In this document: positions 50,767 to 64,000 of the stretch, in pieces
How positions within the stretch are numbered: the first letter of the stretch is position 1
How the letters are laid out: each line of letters begins with the position of its first letter
NCBI RefSeq assembly: GCF_009834535.1
Contig: NC_045697.1
Span: forward strand, 77,006,001 to 77,070,000
Reading direction: 5' to 3'
DNA from: Camelus ferus
Taxonomy: Eukaryota
Length of the DNA: 64,000 bases
Position numbers and translations under genes: made by a program
Notes under the pieces: generated by a model
The model's database searches: none
Seen by the model: the letters and a program-made list of their open reading frames with translations, nothing else
What the model was told of the DNA's origin: nothing

Positions 50767-52668
50767 TTTAAAACAGTTTTGCCAAAACAGTGATCTATTA
50801 AACTCCTTCAAGGAAGAATTCAAGAAGAGAAAGAAAGTTGACTTCTATACTTCTCTGTACCACGCGGCTGTTAGTTAGGAACCAGAAGCAGGTGATCAGG
50901 TTAGGTACTGTGTATGCCAACTTTATTCATTTTGATTGTACGTAAATGGATTTCCAAGAGGACGTCTTATTCACATCTTTTCACAATGCTCAAGCCACAT
51001 ATAACACCACTAGAATAATTAAAATCCAAGAGAACAATAAGAGCCAACAGACAGCCTAGAGCAAGACATACCTCCGCAAAATCAAAATGGCAGAGTTGCA
51101 GAGAGCGGATACTTAGAGCACAGTCACTCATTATCTCCTTTAGAGTAAAATCTTTCAAGATGGTGTCCAACTGAGAGATTCTGATTGAGCTCAAGAGAAT
51201 GATTGAATCGTGATATTCATCCAATTTGGATATATAGTGACTTGGAAATCTTTCTAATTTTTAAAAAAGAAAACATATATTTCTCTGTTTGAGCTGTTAA
51301 AAGGGGACATGCCTCGAAGAAAACGTGCTGTAGACTTACTGAGCCTCTTGAACATACAATTTTTGTTCTGCTGACACCGAGATCATAAAGTAATAAAGGA
51401 AAGGGATTACATTCATTGACTCCATGTGGCTTAGCTATTCCTGGAACAGAGCTTATCAATAGGAAACTGGCTGGGAAAGTTACTTTTCAGTTCTCAACAT
51501 TTCAGTCATGGAAAGTGACGCAAATGCCACAGCCACATTGCTCTAACTCCCTGATTTGTTTTTCCTCATGCATACCACTGTTTCCTTTGGAGAGGAAGTA
51601 GCAACTGGAAGCCAGCTGCCCAGGGCTAGTCTGTTCAGTCATTTCTCTCATGTCACACTCCTCATCGCCTCTCCCTTTACCGTCGTCTTCACCTTTAATG
51701 CCATGAACATACGCCAGGGAGCCAGGAAGAGCTTTGTAGTAAAGCTAAGGTTTAACAGAACCTAAATCTGTTCTATCCCTTCCTAAATCAGCACATGGAA
51801 CTCCACCTGGCAAGGAATGACTTCGCCTTTTAAATTATACACTGTACCCAGCTACAATGTGAGCTCTCATTACCACGCATACGTGTTAAATAGTAATAAC
51901 TTAAACATTTGCTCACCATAACCTTGTGTATGTTCAAATAATATGGGCTACTAACATTTCACTACACATATACCCTCCTACCACCTCTCCTGCACAGAAA
52001 GCTCATTCAAATTTAAGTCTTAGCAGCACTGGAATATGTTTATTTATAAGATGATTTTCCAGTTTGGGTGGAGAGCCAATTTACACACTTTCAATAATTT
52101 CAATAAATAAATAGACTGTATCCTTCCTAGCACAGTCTTCATTGTGGGTCTATTATATACAGCAAGACTATTAATATTGACCACCCCACATGTGTGTGTA
52201 CATGTGCATCGACAGAGACACAGATATAGATGCAGAGTGCTGCCATTCATTAAATGCTTACTATATGCCAGGCAATGTGCGAATCACTGTGCTCATTCAT
52301 TGGACGAATATTTGTTGAACACTCTTATGTCAGGCACTTAGTTTAGATACTAAGTAGGTAGGAGCTAAAAGGACAAACAAGGCCCTTCCTCATGAAGACA
52401 ATAGTCTAGTAGAGAAGACAAACATTGAAGGAAAACATTATAGCAAGGGTCTATCTAACTGAGGGTCTACAACCATGGTAAAGTAGCCTTTCAGCTGAGA
52501 CCTGAAGGATAGGTCAACCGGTGGAATGTCGGGGCAGACAGGCCCTGTCAGAGGAAACAGTATATGAGAATGCAGAGTGAGTCTGAGAAAGTCAAAAGAG
52601 CTCAAATAGAAGATGGAGAGTAGTTAGTAGGGATGTTGGAAGAATTACAGTGACCAGGTCTAAAAGGG

Positions 52669-53124
52669 CTTTTTTTTTTTTAATTAATTAATTAATTTTA
52701 ATTGAATTGCAGTCAGTTTACAATGTCAATTTCTGGTGTACAGCAATGTTTCAGTCACACATATACATACATATATTCTTTTTCATTACAGGTTACTACA
52801 AGATATTGAATATAGTTCCCTCTGCTATACAGTAGAAACTTGTTGTTTACCTATTTTATATATAGTACTTAGTATCTGCACACCTTGAACTCCCAATTTA
52901 TCCCTTCTCACTCCCTTTCCCCACTGGTAAATCTAAGTTTGTTTTCTATGCCTGTGAGTCTGTTTCTGTTTTGTAAATAAGTTCATTTGTGTCTTTTTTT
53001 TTTTAGATTCCACATATAAGTGATATCATATGGTATTTTTCTTTCTCTTTCTGGCTTACTTCATTTAGAATGACGATCTCCAGGTCCATCTATGTTGCTG
53101 CAGATGACATTATTTTATTCTTTT
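52669..53124 (-). mobile_element. L1 3' end inserted into an L2 remnant (~52280-53430)
   Basis: Poly(T), then L1 3' UTR and ttagattccacatataagtgatatcata ORF2 end. L2-like purine-rich sequence on both sides. Confidence 0.8.
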
Positions 53125-56100
53125 AAGCAAATTAAGAAACCTGGACTTTACCCTCAAGGCAATGGGAAGGAGTCTAGAGGCTTTAAAAGGGCTAGTGGCA
53201 TGATCAGATTTGCATGTCTCAAGAATACTCTTGCCTCAGTACAGAGCAAGAGTTAGAGACAGAGAGATCAGCTAGAAGCCATTGCAAGAATCCAGGTTGG
53301 AGATAACGATGACCTGGACTAAGGTGCAGAAGGGAAGAGGAGCGAAGGGAGTGCATTCAAGAAACTGATGTGGTAGTGTCATCAAGACTTGGGGACAGAT
53401 TGAACCATGGGAGGTGGAGGGTGGGGGAGAACTGTAGGAGAGATAGGAATCAAGATTTCAACAATTGTCTAATTGATATGACTGTGCTAGAGAGACAAAC
53501 TAGATTGCTCCGCTCACAACACAGTCATTATTTCCTGGAATATTGTGCCTCAATCGTCTTAGCTCTTCATTTGGAAGATAGTCCCAGTGTCCCTACAATG
53601 AGGAAGACTCAAAGCACTCTTCAGTTAATGAGCAAGCACTATCTTCATTTCACATGTGAAAAAAAGTTTATAAAAAATTACTTCTACTTCTTTTCTTGGC
53701 CTCATCTGAACTTTGTATGAGGGCATGAATAGAAATTAAGACATGACTTCCGAATGAGTATATTTTTCTAACATATACTTCATCATTAAAATTGTCTTGT
53801 TTTGCTCCTCAGGTATTTTGAGTTCTCACATTAGTTTGAATTATTATCAGGAATCATAGAAATACATGATTTGAGTATTTTAAGAATCCAATGAGCAGAC
53901 TCTTTAAAAGTATTTAGTGGCTTAGCAAGCATGCTCATAGCATCATAAAAGCTAACGTTGAAGAAGCCAGCAGAGCTTATTTCAAAAACCAGCAAAAATC
54001 TATTCCTGTCAGTTTCTAAAACTTGAAAATTAGCCCTGTAAGAACAGTAAGGGACTGCTATGAGATAAAGACCTGGAAGTGACCCCACAGAGCACACTTA
54101 TTAATAGGATAATTGCCATTTCTTCTGAGTGTAGGTTGAAGTTCCTACAGATCAGATGTGCGAGTGGGAAAAATTAAGTGAAAGATTACAGCTGTCACAT
54201 CAAGAACCCTATTTTCCCTAAAAATATACACAAAGTCACTGTTAAGATTGGCTTCATGATGTCTGTTGTCAACTCCAGCGATGTCATTATAGGAATCAAT
54301 TTATTTGTGAGAACTCTCTAGAATAGAACTCAAATCTCCGCCTTACATGATAGGGAAAGATACAAACGGAATGGGGACATCTCATGAGTGCTTTTTCTTA
54401 TTCTACAAATAATTCTCCCAAATAATGCAATGCTGATTCTTTAATCATTTACAAAATGAAAACAAGAAAGAATTAAAATTTAGGACAATGTCATCCAAAT
54501 GACACACCCAGGAAAAACAAACCAAGCCAAGTAATTGAAGTGTTGTTCCGAGATGGCAATATACAAAAATAGATGGTCTAAGAAGCTGACTAAATGGGCA
54601 AAGATGGATATTATTCACAGCTGACCATGTGGAAGAATATGGAATTGGCAAGTTGAAATATCTAGCAGAAATGTACACAGATACAAAAGGCTATGCACTC
54701 CGACTGCCCTGAAACACTGCAGAATAGTTTTACTTACATTTTAACAACAGTGTTTAACTCTTTGTTCTTATGTTATTATTTTATAAATGTGAAAATGTGT
54801 TAGTTATTCTTGGAACCAACTTACAAAAGATTGTCCCTGGTGGTTTTTAACGGATAGAGAGAAGAGCTGCTGTCAGACGAGTGACGTCAAAAGAACAGAG
54901 ATCACCATCCCTATCAACAAGGATGAGAGGGGTCAGTGGATCTGCTTCCCTTAGAGAAACCACAGAACCTCTTTCTGTTACCTGAAAAACATGATGTGGA
55001 GATCTTCTTTCCCACGACGAGTACTTTAAGTCAGAACCTGCTACAAGCCAAGCTTCCAAAATATTAACATTGATGAGTGAATTCACCAAGGGCTCAATAG
55101 AACTTTAGTGCTAGCCGAAAAGGTCATGATGTCATCGATTTCAACAGGAGAAACAGAGGAGTGGGGAGGGGGCAAGAGTGGGGGCAGAGAAAGAGGAGGA
55201 AGGAAGGAAGGAAGGAAAAAAAAAAGGATGAAAAATAAAGACCCACAAAATGCAAGTAAACTATAATAGAGTGAAAACAAACCACCTTACTTCCTGTAAG
55301 ACCAAAACTTAATTTTAAAGTCTCCCCAATAATAATAATAGCAAAATCTTACATGCTACTTACTTTACATCAGGCTCTGCTCTAAAGGTTTCACATAAAT
55401 TAACTCACAGATACAATTTATATGCCCACTTGACAGATGAGGACATTAAGGCACAGGGCGGTAAGTAACTTGCCCAGAATTACTAAGCAGTGGAGCCAGA
55501 GTTTGAACCTAGGCAGTTCCGATTCTAGGTGCTCGTTACTATGTCCTTAATTTTTATTGTAAGTCTCCAGATACAATGCTCCTCCAAAGTGCTGGTCTGT
55601 GCAATATTTGTTACTGGTCCACAATGAGATAGTGAGGCACCTGCACGGAACATAAGGACCAGGTCACCGTTCAGTTCAGCTGACTTTTTTTGTTCTGGTA
55701 GGTTTCCTGGATGATGTGGCCTGGCTCAAGCTGCTTATCTCGTCTCTCACCAGTAACAAACAGCTCATGGACTAGTAACAGGCTGTGAATTACCCTTTGA
55801 GCAGTACAATTCTAGAAGATTCCCTTCCCTGGATCCAGAAGAGGGAAGGGAACTAACAATTTTGAACAACAGAACTACATGGAGCTTTGTCGGTGTGCTG
55901 TTGGATCCTGAAAACAGCCCTTTGAGGTGAGTGTTAATCCACAAGCTGAAATAGACTCAGGGGCTAATGAAGTGTCTGGTCCCCAGTCTCTCAACCAGTA
56001 AGTGGAACGGCAGGATTAGAACTCAGAACTGAGCAGTACCCAAACACACTGCAGGCCACGCCACGCTGGACTGAGGAGAAGGCACAGAGCAGGTCCAGCG

Positions 56101-57094
56101 CTCTGGACATCTGTGAAGCAGGAACAGGGTTTGGTTCTCTGAGCATCAGTATACTTGTCTGGTGATAACCACTTCTGTGTTACAATGGAAGGTTTTCCGT
56201 GATGTATGAAACTTGTGTTATTTGTACATAAATGAGTATAGTTAGATTAGTGTTGTGGTAATTCCTGTTTTCATCTGTAAATAGTTAAGGAAGTACACGA
56301 GGCACTACTGATTTATTGCAGTGTTAGTCTTCGTTTTCACTTTTATTCTCAAAGTATTCAGTTTTATGTACCTTAGTTCTATGTTAGGTCTGCAGATGTG
56401 TATAGATAATTCATATTTATGTGTTGCACATGATCATGCTATTCAGCATTGATGCTGTGTTGTATTATGTAAATAATACAAACCATGTACAGAGTGGGGG
56501 AAAATATCCCCATTCTTGCTTCAACACCATCCTTCCAACCCATTCACCCTCCAGAAACGCCCTCTTTTGACACATCTAAACAGAAGTGTCTCCTCGAATT
56601 CCTTTCAAATTAAGCTAGATGATTTGTTTAATAAGCTCCTTTGATCCTGAGAAATGACAAGTTTTCCTATGAGTCCAATTCACATGTGCCTGATTCCAAA
56701 TAAGGGCAAAGGACAATGGGATGTGAGTTTAATCCCAGTGCATTGGGATATTGGAAACACAATTTTACATTTAGGGAATAGAAACACTCCCTCCCTCATC
56801 TCCAGGATGCCTGTGGAATGGAGATGGGGGTGAACAGAAAGCCATGGCTTCTCTATCCCACACTGGTGAATCAGCTTCACACTGTCCCTCCCTGGCACTG
56901 CCCTGGGTGCCTAAGGAAGCCGCCAGGAAAAGGACAGGTGAATCACAAAACCTGCGAGTCAAAAAGGCAACTTTCTACCTGAAGAACTTTATCCCCAAGA
57001 TAAGTCTGCATAAACTTTTGTGAAAAGGAAATAGTCACCTTCAGATTCTTTTGTTTTTTTTTTTTTTGCAGTTTTGATATTTAGAGTCAGTTTT

Positions 57095-57169
57095 AAATTT
57101 TTTATTGATGTATAGTTGATTTACAATGTTGTGTTAGTTTCAGGTGTACAGCAGTGACTCAGTTATATG

Positions 57170-57227
<58 letters not shown>

Positions 57228-57285
57228 TTTTTCAGATTCTTTTCCATTACAGGTTATTACAAGATAATGAATATAGTTTCCTGTG
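57095..57285 (-). mobile_element. short L1 3' fragment containing (TA)25 at 57175-57224
   Basis: tttattga..tatagttgatttacaatgttgtgttagtttcaggtgtacagc motif shared with the 43941 copy. Confidence 0.8.
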
Positions 57286-57909
57286 AAAGAAGTAGAGCAT
57301 ATTCATATAAATAGTAGAGCACATTAATTAAGTACAACTTTATTTGTTACAGAGTTCTTTCTTACTATTAGGCTAAAATCTGTTTTTCTGTGTTGTCTCC
57401 GGCGCAAGCTCTCATTTTCCCCTCCTACAGAAATATGAAAATTTCATTCTTCTTCCACCTCATCCCTTCACACACTGGAAACATGTCCTATCCTCATAAG
57501 TGTTCTCTTTTCTGTGGAAAATACCTTCTATCACACGACATGTTTTTGGAATCGGATCACTTTGCTCCCGATACTCTCCAGCTCTAGTGAATGGTTAAAA
57601 GTATGGGTGCTGGAGTCAGTTCTTGAGTTTGAGTCCTGTTTCTACCAGATCTTTGCTGTGGGAACCAGGAAATTGGCTTAACCTTTCTATATCCCTTTTT
57701 CTTCACTAACAAAACGGAGTACCACTTTATAATGTTGCTGTGAATCTGTGGTATAATCACATATGTAAAGCACATGGTAAGCGCTCAGACATTTTAACTC
57801 TTATCATTACTCCAGAGCACACTGAGACTACACATTCCTTGTTGGGAAATTGCGATTCTACTGAAGTAGCTGAAAACTGCATTTGCTTTCTTAGCAGCCA
57901 TTATTTATG

Positions 57910-59090
57910 CTTTCATTAAACAGCTATTGATCCTGCCCCTTACTGTGAGCACATGGAGGAACTGGTGATCTGGGGGGTTGGGGGGGGGTGCTGTGCTAAA
58001 CAGGGTCATCAGGTAGACCTCTCTGAGAAGGTGGTATCTGGGGAAAGACCTGAAGTGAGGGAGGGAGTTAACCATGCTTGGGATGTCAGGAAGAGAGGGT
58101 TCCAGGAGTGCAGTGCACAGATTCAAAGGTGGGAACCACACAGCGTGTTCCCAAAACAAAAGGAGGTCGCTGTGGCTTGGGGCACAGTTAGTAAGCGGGG
58201 AGCAGTAGGAGGAGAGTCCCGGGTAATGGGGCGGGTCACTTAGAGCCAGTGGTGGGGGTCGGGGGAGGGAAGAGAAACGGACTTGACTTTGAGGGAAACC
58301 TAGAGACTCTGCAGGGTTTTGAAGAGTCAATAATCTGAGCTGTATTTTAAATAGATCGTTCTGGATGCTGATCTAATCAGATTCCTTCCCCCCTCAGGCT
58401 GAGAAAAAGCAAGTTAGGAGATCCTTGCCATATTTTGAGAGAAAGATGATGGTGACTCAGACCACGCTGGCAGCAGCGGAGATGAGACGTGGTCAGAGTC
58501 TGGGTCTATATTAAGAGTAGAGTCAAGAAGGTTTTCTGGTGAATGAGAAATGAAGTGTGAGAGGAGAGTCAATTACTGGGACGTTTTCAGCCTGACCAAT
58601 CCGAAAGGGTGGAGCTGTAACAAGGAGTTGAGGAAGCTGCTAGTGGAGCAAGCTGGGAGAGAAAAAACAGGAATCAGACTTGGAACGTGATGAGTTTTAG
58701 CTTTAACAACACCTAAGGGTAGGGTAGGAAGGTGACTGCACACGTCCCCAGCTGGGGAGAAAGTCCTGGCTGCAGACATAAATTGGGGCACCTCTCAGGG
58801 GCCCAAGGAGATCAGCCAGGAGTGACTGGGTAAAGAGTGAGCCCAAGGATGAGGTCCTGGGACACAAATATTCAGAGATTGAGGGAGGAAAGGGAGAACC
58901 AGAAAAGGAGACCAAGAGGGAGCAACCAGTACAGTAGGGGAAGATAAAGAAATATGCCACCATGAAAGCCAAGGGGCAGAACTCATCAAGGGGAGGATGC
59001 CCCAGCTGCTGCTGACAGGCCAAGTACAGCAAAGACTGAGACTTGGATTTACCCACCTGCACATGGCCAGGCATGGGGACGAAGAAGCCA
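57910..59090. mobile_element. L2 LINE remnant
   Basis: cctctctgagaaggtg, agacctgaa, ctggctgcagacataaattgggg, catgaaagccaagg motifs typical of L2. Approximate. Confidence 0.6.
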
Positions 59091-59649
59091 GACAGACCTC
59101 AGAGGTCCTCCTGAGTTGAGGAGACAGAGTTGAGAATCCAAAGAGGCCAAGGCAGTGCAAGGGCACACGGAGCCAACTCGCAGAGCAGAGGCTGCACAGA
59201 GAAAAAGCTCTGGAGACGTGCAGGCGCTCCCTCCAGAGGGGCCTCAGCTAAGACTGATCAGTACGTGCCTATGAAGAGGATGAAGAGGGAACGCCCCAAG
59301 TGAAATGGCTCCGTCATTTTGCAATGACATCAAGTGAGTTTATTAAATGCCTTACAGAAAGCAAGACCCTCTCTGTATCTATAGCATTTCCCTATCTTTT
59401 CAACCTAATTCAAAAAAATTTTTTTCAAGTCATGAAGTTAGTTTGGCAGGACTTTGTTAACAAATCCATATCCATATCATTATCAGCAGTTAACGTTTGA
59501 GCATTTTGTAGGTCAGTTATATTCGCTTAAAATGGGAGCCGAAGAATTATGATGTCTGATGGCCAAAATACCTCCTCCTGGGCCAGCCAAGCACCTCTTA
59601 CCTCCATGCTGGTTCTAATTTTGTTCAAGACTCACTCAGCTTACCCAGA

Positions 59650-60228
59650 TGGCAGCGGTCTAGGTATAAGGATCCTGGGGCAGACACTGCTGGCTGCTTT
59701 CCCTGTTCTCACCTTCTTCCTTGTTAACTGGACTCCCAGTTCTGTCCTGGGAAGCAATGTGCCAAGGATGAAGAAGGAAGAAGGGAGGGTGGAGGAAAGG
59801 AAGAAAGGAAAAAGAAAAGAAAGAGAGGCAGGGTGGGAGGCAAGAGAGAGAGAGGGGCTCTATTTCCTATCCTTTTTGTAGCAGGAATCCATGTTACTGT
59901 CCAGGTCAATGAGATAAAAGCAGAAGTTTTGAATTCCTGGTATTCATATGTGGAAAACACACTTCTCTTCATCATTTCCTTCTTTGGACACGGAAATGGA
60001 TGTGATGCTGGAGGCCGTGAGGTGGCCAATATCAGGATGAAAGCTACACGTCTAGGACAGTGAAGAGGAAAGCTCCAGGAGCTGGGTCTGTCGTGATTTG
60101 GAGCCGCTGCTCCAGCTCTGAACCGTCTGTCTCAGACATCCTGTTACGAGAAGACTACAAACCCCCTTTGGGCAAAGTCACTAATGCAGAGTTCCTGTTC
60201 CGTGTAGCAGAACTTACACATATATACA
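59650..60228 (+). mobile_element. old ERVL-class LTR (LTR33/LTR16-like)
   Basis: gatgtgatgctggag, aggatgaaagc, gagctgggtc..., ends ...atataca. Family assignment uncertain. Confidence 0.45.
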
Positions 60229-61819
60229 TGGGCAGAGCTGGAAAGCTGCCAGGCACCGCAGCAGCCCCAGGAACTGACTGCTGCTCTCTTCCTCTCTCCC
60301 CTCTCCAACTGCCACGTGGTCTGTTTCTTATGGCGTATTTTTTTCTTGAACTTTTATTTATTTTCCTTTCTCTACTTGCTTCCCTATCTGATCACTGTAT
60401 CTATTCTCTAAGTCAGACTTCCTACTGACTAGTAATGTTTGCTATCTCATATTTTCAGTTTTCCCACAACCCACCGTGGTCTTTCCAGCATCTTTTAACA
60501 TTGTAACTTTTAACTTTCAGTTTCCATGCTAATGTTTTCATCCTTTGTTATTCCAAGTTCTGGAGTAACGGAATGTCCATCCTGTTTTGTTTAGGCCACA
60601 GGCCAACCTATTGATCGGCCACCTATGGGCCTGGTGTCCACCTAACCCAGCCAGCTACAGTTTGGAGGACCGATGGGTTTAGGAATACGTAGGAAACCGG
60701 CCTTCTGAGGTGCTTCTCGGCAGGGACTCTGGGAAGTCAGGGCTGGCGAGAAGGGGCTGGCTAGCGTCAGGGTGAACCTTTGGTCTGGTACATTGAGCCA
60801 GCAGAAATCATAGCCACTCCTGCAGACCAAATACAATTAAGGTCTCATTTTTAATTATTCACATTTCAAAAAATATAACCCAATAAACTACAACTGGGAA
60901 ATTCCAGGACTAGAATCCTAATCCCAGTTTTTCTATTAACACACTATGTGAAAGTTTGAAGATCTCTTTGTGCCTTACTTTCCTCATCTGTAAAAATAGG
61001 GAACTCATATCTATTACCTCTTGAGGTTGCAGAGAGGAACAATAAAATTGATTTGCAAAGTGTTTTATTGCCATAAAGTGCTATGTTGAAAATGCCCTGT
61101 ATTAAATAGCCTGATTTGTTGTAGTATGTAATAGAGCTATTTCAAGAATATATTTTAAATAAATACTTGTTTAATTTCAGTTTTCTTTCTGTTGTTACTT
61201 TTGTGAAAGTCATTAAAATCAAGGGAGAATGGTTTGAGATGCTAATTAAAGTCTTCAGTTACACTAAATTATTCCCTAACGAAAAGATAAAATTCCAGCC
61301 CTAGATTCTTTAGTATTCTCTCTCAGAATTCATTCACCAAACGTGTAAGTACAGCTATCTCCTGGGTTTTATGCGTAAATGTGAAGAATCAAAATTGACA
61401 GGTAGAGCCAGCCTTGGCTTCCAAGAGTTGACTATGCTCATTCTTCCCACCTCCATTTGCAATGATGTCATGTTGCTACCTTGAAGTAGACCATAGTGGG
61501 AGTATTTATATCACAGAAATTAGCAAATTCCATAAATGAGGCCTTCCCTTTTCTTTTTCCCGAGAGCTGATTGTTAAGCATCTACCAGCCCACCACTAGA
61601 ACTGATGTACCCAGAACTGAAACACACACACAGATACAAATGCACATCATCCTCATCAACACCGACAACAGCAAGACGGGCCTCGTAAGCATCAGACAGA
61701 GAGGTTAATTTTTTAAAGGATATAGTGTTTCTTCTCTTAAAAACCTTTCCATGGGAGTCTGTAGGAACACTTTGAGTATTTGCTGCAAATGGAACCAGAC
61801 GTTTTCTCATCCTACAGGA

Positions 61820-61978
61820 GTAATTCTCAAACACTAACATGCCATTGGAATCACCCAGGTGGGTTAGCAAAACAGATTGCTTAGTGCCAACCCCTGAGCT
61901 TCTGGTTCAGTAGCTTTTGGATGAGCCCTATAATTTACGTTTTTAACAAGTTCCCAGGTGATGCTAAAGCTACTGGCT
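61820..61978. mobile_element. MER5A-like DNA transposon
   Basis: ttctcaaac...ggaatcacc..., acagattgct..., taacaagttcccaggtgatgct motifs. Confidence 0.65.
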
Positions 61979-63194
61979 TAAAAATATGGGGAGTAGTACA
62001 AAACAAAAGAACAGACAGGAAGATCAGAGAATGGCACTGATAAACATGGGTTGGACCAGTGAAATTTAGTGAAACATGCACAGTGAGTCTAGTATGTCTG
62101 AAAACTATACAGAGGCCAGTTTAGGATGCTGGCTACCCAAGAAATTTTCTTGTTTCTAGGCCTCCTCACAGTAATCAAGGTTATTCCTGTTTGCTCTTGA
62201 CAGATCTAAAATGTTGTGAGTTTGGGGTCAGTTTTCGCATTACCAGAAAATCACTTTGCTTCACTGGGCCTCAGGCTCCTCACCAGTTAAAAGGGAGAAT
62301 TTAATTCCATGTTCACATCTCTGTGTTAGTTGGCTTTGGAATGAAGAAGAATTTGCCACATGTTTTCTTAATCAATGAAGGATTTTTATAAAATCGTCAT
62401 CATTACAATCATAATAATACACTAGGAAATAAGAAACCAGGATCTTGGACCCCAGAGACATGGGCAAGCAGGGCCTACAACAGAGCCGGCTTTCAGAGAC
62501 ATGTGGCGTCTGGGAATTTGGTAGTCCTTCAGAATCCAGTGCAGCTTTTACAGCCCACTTACCTTGCTGAGTGCGTCAGCAGGTTCGTGGGGTGCCGATT
62601 CTAGTCTTCACATTACCATGACTTTGCCACGCTTTCTATTTCTGTGTCTCTCTTAACTTCTCCTCCCACTGCCACGTGGGCATAACTCTCTCACTTCTGT
62701 AGTTTCCGCATTTCTGTGTGACATATTAATTGTGTACGTCCAGTTTTTCCCACAATTTCCTGCTCACTATCTCTGTAGTCATTGCCTGCAAAGCCTAGTA
62801 AAGGATGAATTTAGATCTACCTTGTTTACAGCTTTACACAACACCTAGCATAGTAGTTGGCACTTTGTAGAGTCTCAATAAGTACTTTTTGAATGAATAA
62901 ATGAATGAATGGATGCCTCACTTAGGCCAGCCCATGGACCGGCCTACTGCAGATCTATCTGTATTTGTAGCTAAGAAGGCTGCATGGTTTAAAACTTGAC
63001 CAATTATGGAATTTTAAATAAAATTTAAATAAATTTTAAATAAATCAATGTGGAAGTCTGCTTTGCTCAGCAGGAGTCTGTGGACTAGCCCTCAAAACAT
63101 GAATATTCATCTATGGATATTTACCTGGGCAAGTCCCTTACCTTGTTTGGATCCAGCAAAGGAAAGAAAAATTGGATTGGTTAAGAAGGGTTAG

Positions 63195-63423
63195 GGGATA
63201 GGGGTGGGAAGGGACAGACTGGGAGTTCAAGATTGGTAGATACTGACAGGTATACATAGAATGGATAAACAAGTTTATATGTATAGCACAGGGAAATATA
63301 TTCAAGATCTTATAGTAGCTCACAGTGAAAAAGAATATGAAAACGAATATATGTATATTCATGTATGACTGAAAAATTGTGCTGTACACCAGAAATGACA
63401 CAACATTGTAAAATTACTATAAA

Positions 63424-63476
<53 letters not shown>
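63195..63476 (+). mobile_element. short L1 3' end with (TAGA)13 tail at 63425-63476
   Basis: Similar to the 3' UTR of the 6058 L1 (gggtgggaaggga.agactggga, tatagcacagggaaatata, gacacaacattgtaaa). Confidence 0.85.
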
Positions 63477-64000
63477 GGGTTGAGGGATGGACAGGGATTA
63501 ACATAATTAACCTTACTGACTGTTTAGGATCAACTAAAAGCTTCTGCCAGTTAATCACTCTTTAGAGCTCCTGTGGGTCAAGTCTCAGAGTTATCCTGCT
63601 GGAAGAGTGAAGGAACTGGGGTTTCATGCACCTACTCCCATTAGTTACTGGTGGGACAGGAAGGTGGGGAAGGGGGCATGAATCCTCTGGTGTATCCAGC
63701 CTGCCCACACTGCCGCAGAAAACCTTCAGGCCTTCGGAATTCAGCCACAGTGGCTACTGTAATGGTAAGGCAGAGAGGAAATGGCCGGCACTGGCAGTAG
63801 TTGTTACAGACTCTTCCACCCTGCGGTCATAACTGAGACATTCATTGCCCTCAGAATATCCAAATCCCATCAGTAAGCATAACTCTTTTTGTTCCTTAAT
63901 CCTCTGACACCTATACCCAGCAACGGGTCCATAATTCACAAGTCCCTTCCTCCAGAAAATATAGTAACAGTACAGCTACCAATTGTCAGGACCTCACTCC

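Noticed and set aside
57905..59166. Several 96-141 aa ORFs
   Set aside because: Lie within a decayed L2 element; no coherent coding signal.

Overview
Mammalian genomic DNA, most likely camelid (alpaca/llama/camel), judged from a tRNA-derived SINE family that resembles vic-1. The one gene I can support is the 5' end of COL25A1 (collagen XXV / CLAC-P) on the minus strand. It comprises a CpG-island promoter (~20.4-22.2 kb), an inferred non-coding exon 1, coding exon 2 (ATG at 20738), a 70-nt exon 3 carrying the furin site, and the start of a very long intron 3 running off the left edge. The 42 kb to the right is upstream intergenic DNA dominated by L1, L2, MIR, MaLR and DNA-transposon fragments, and it contains a full-length 7SK retrocopy. 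The most interesting observations are (1) an exact 17-bp POU-type motif repeated at exactly 100 bp spacing in the promoter, (2) an unidentified polyadenylated mRNA 3' end nested inside a SINE, (3) a strong-Kozak uORF in exon 1, and (4) a candidate spliced divergent transcript with a small hydrophobic ORF. I found no convincing novel multi-gene system. Repeat family names and boundaries without TSDs were assigned by eye from remembered consensus sequences and are approximate.
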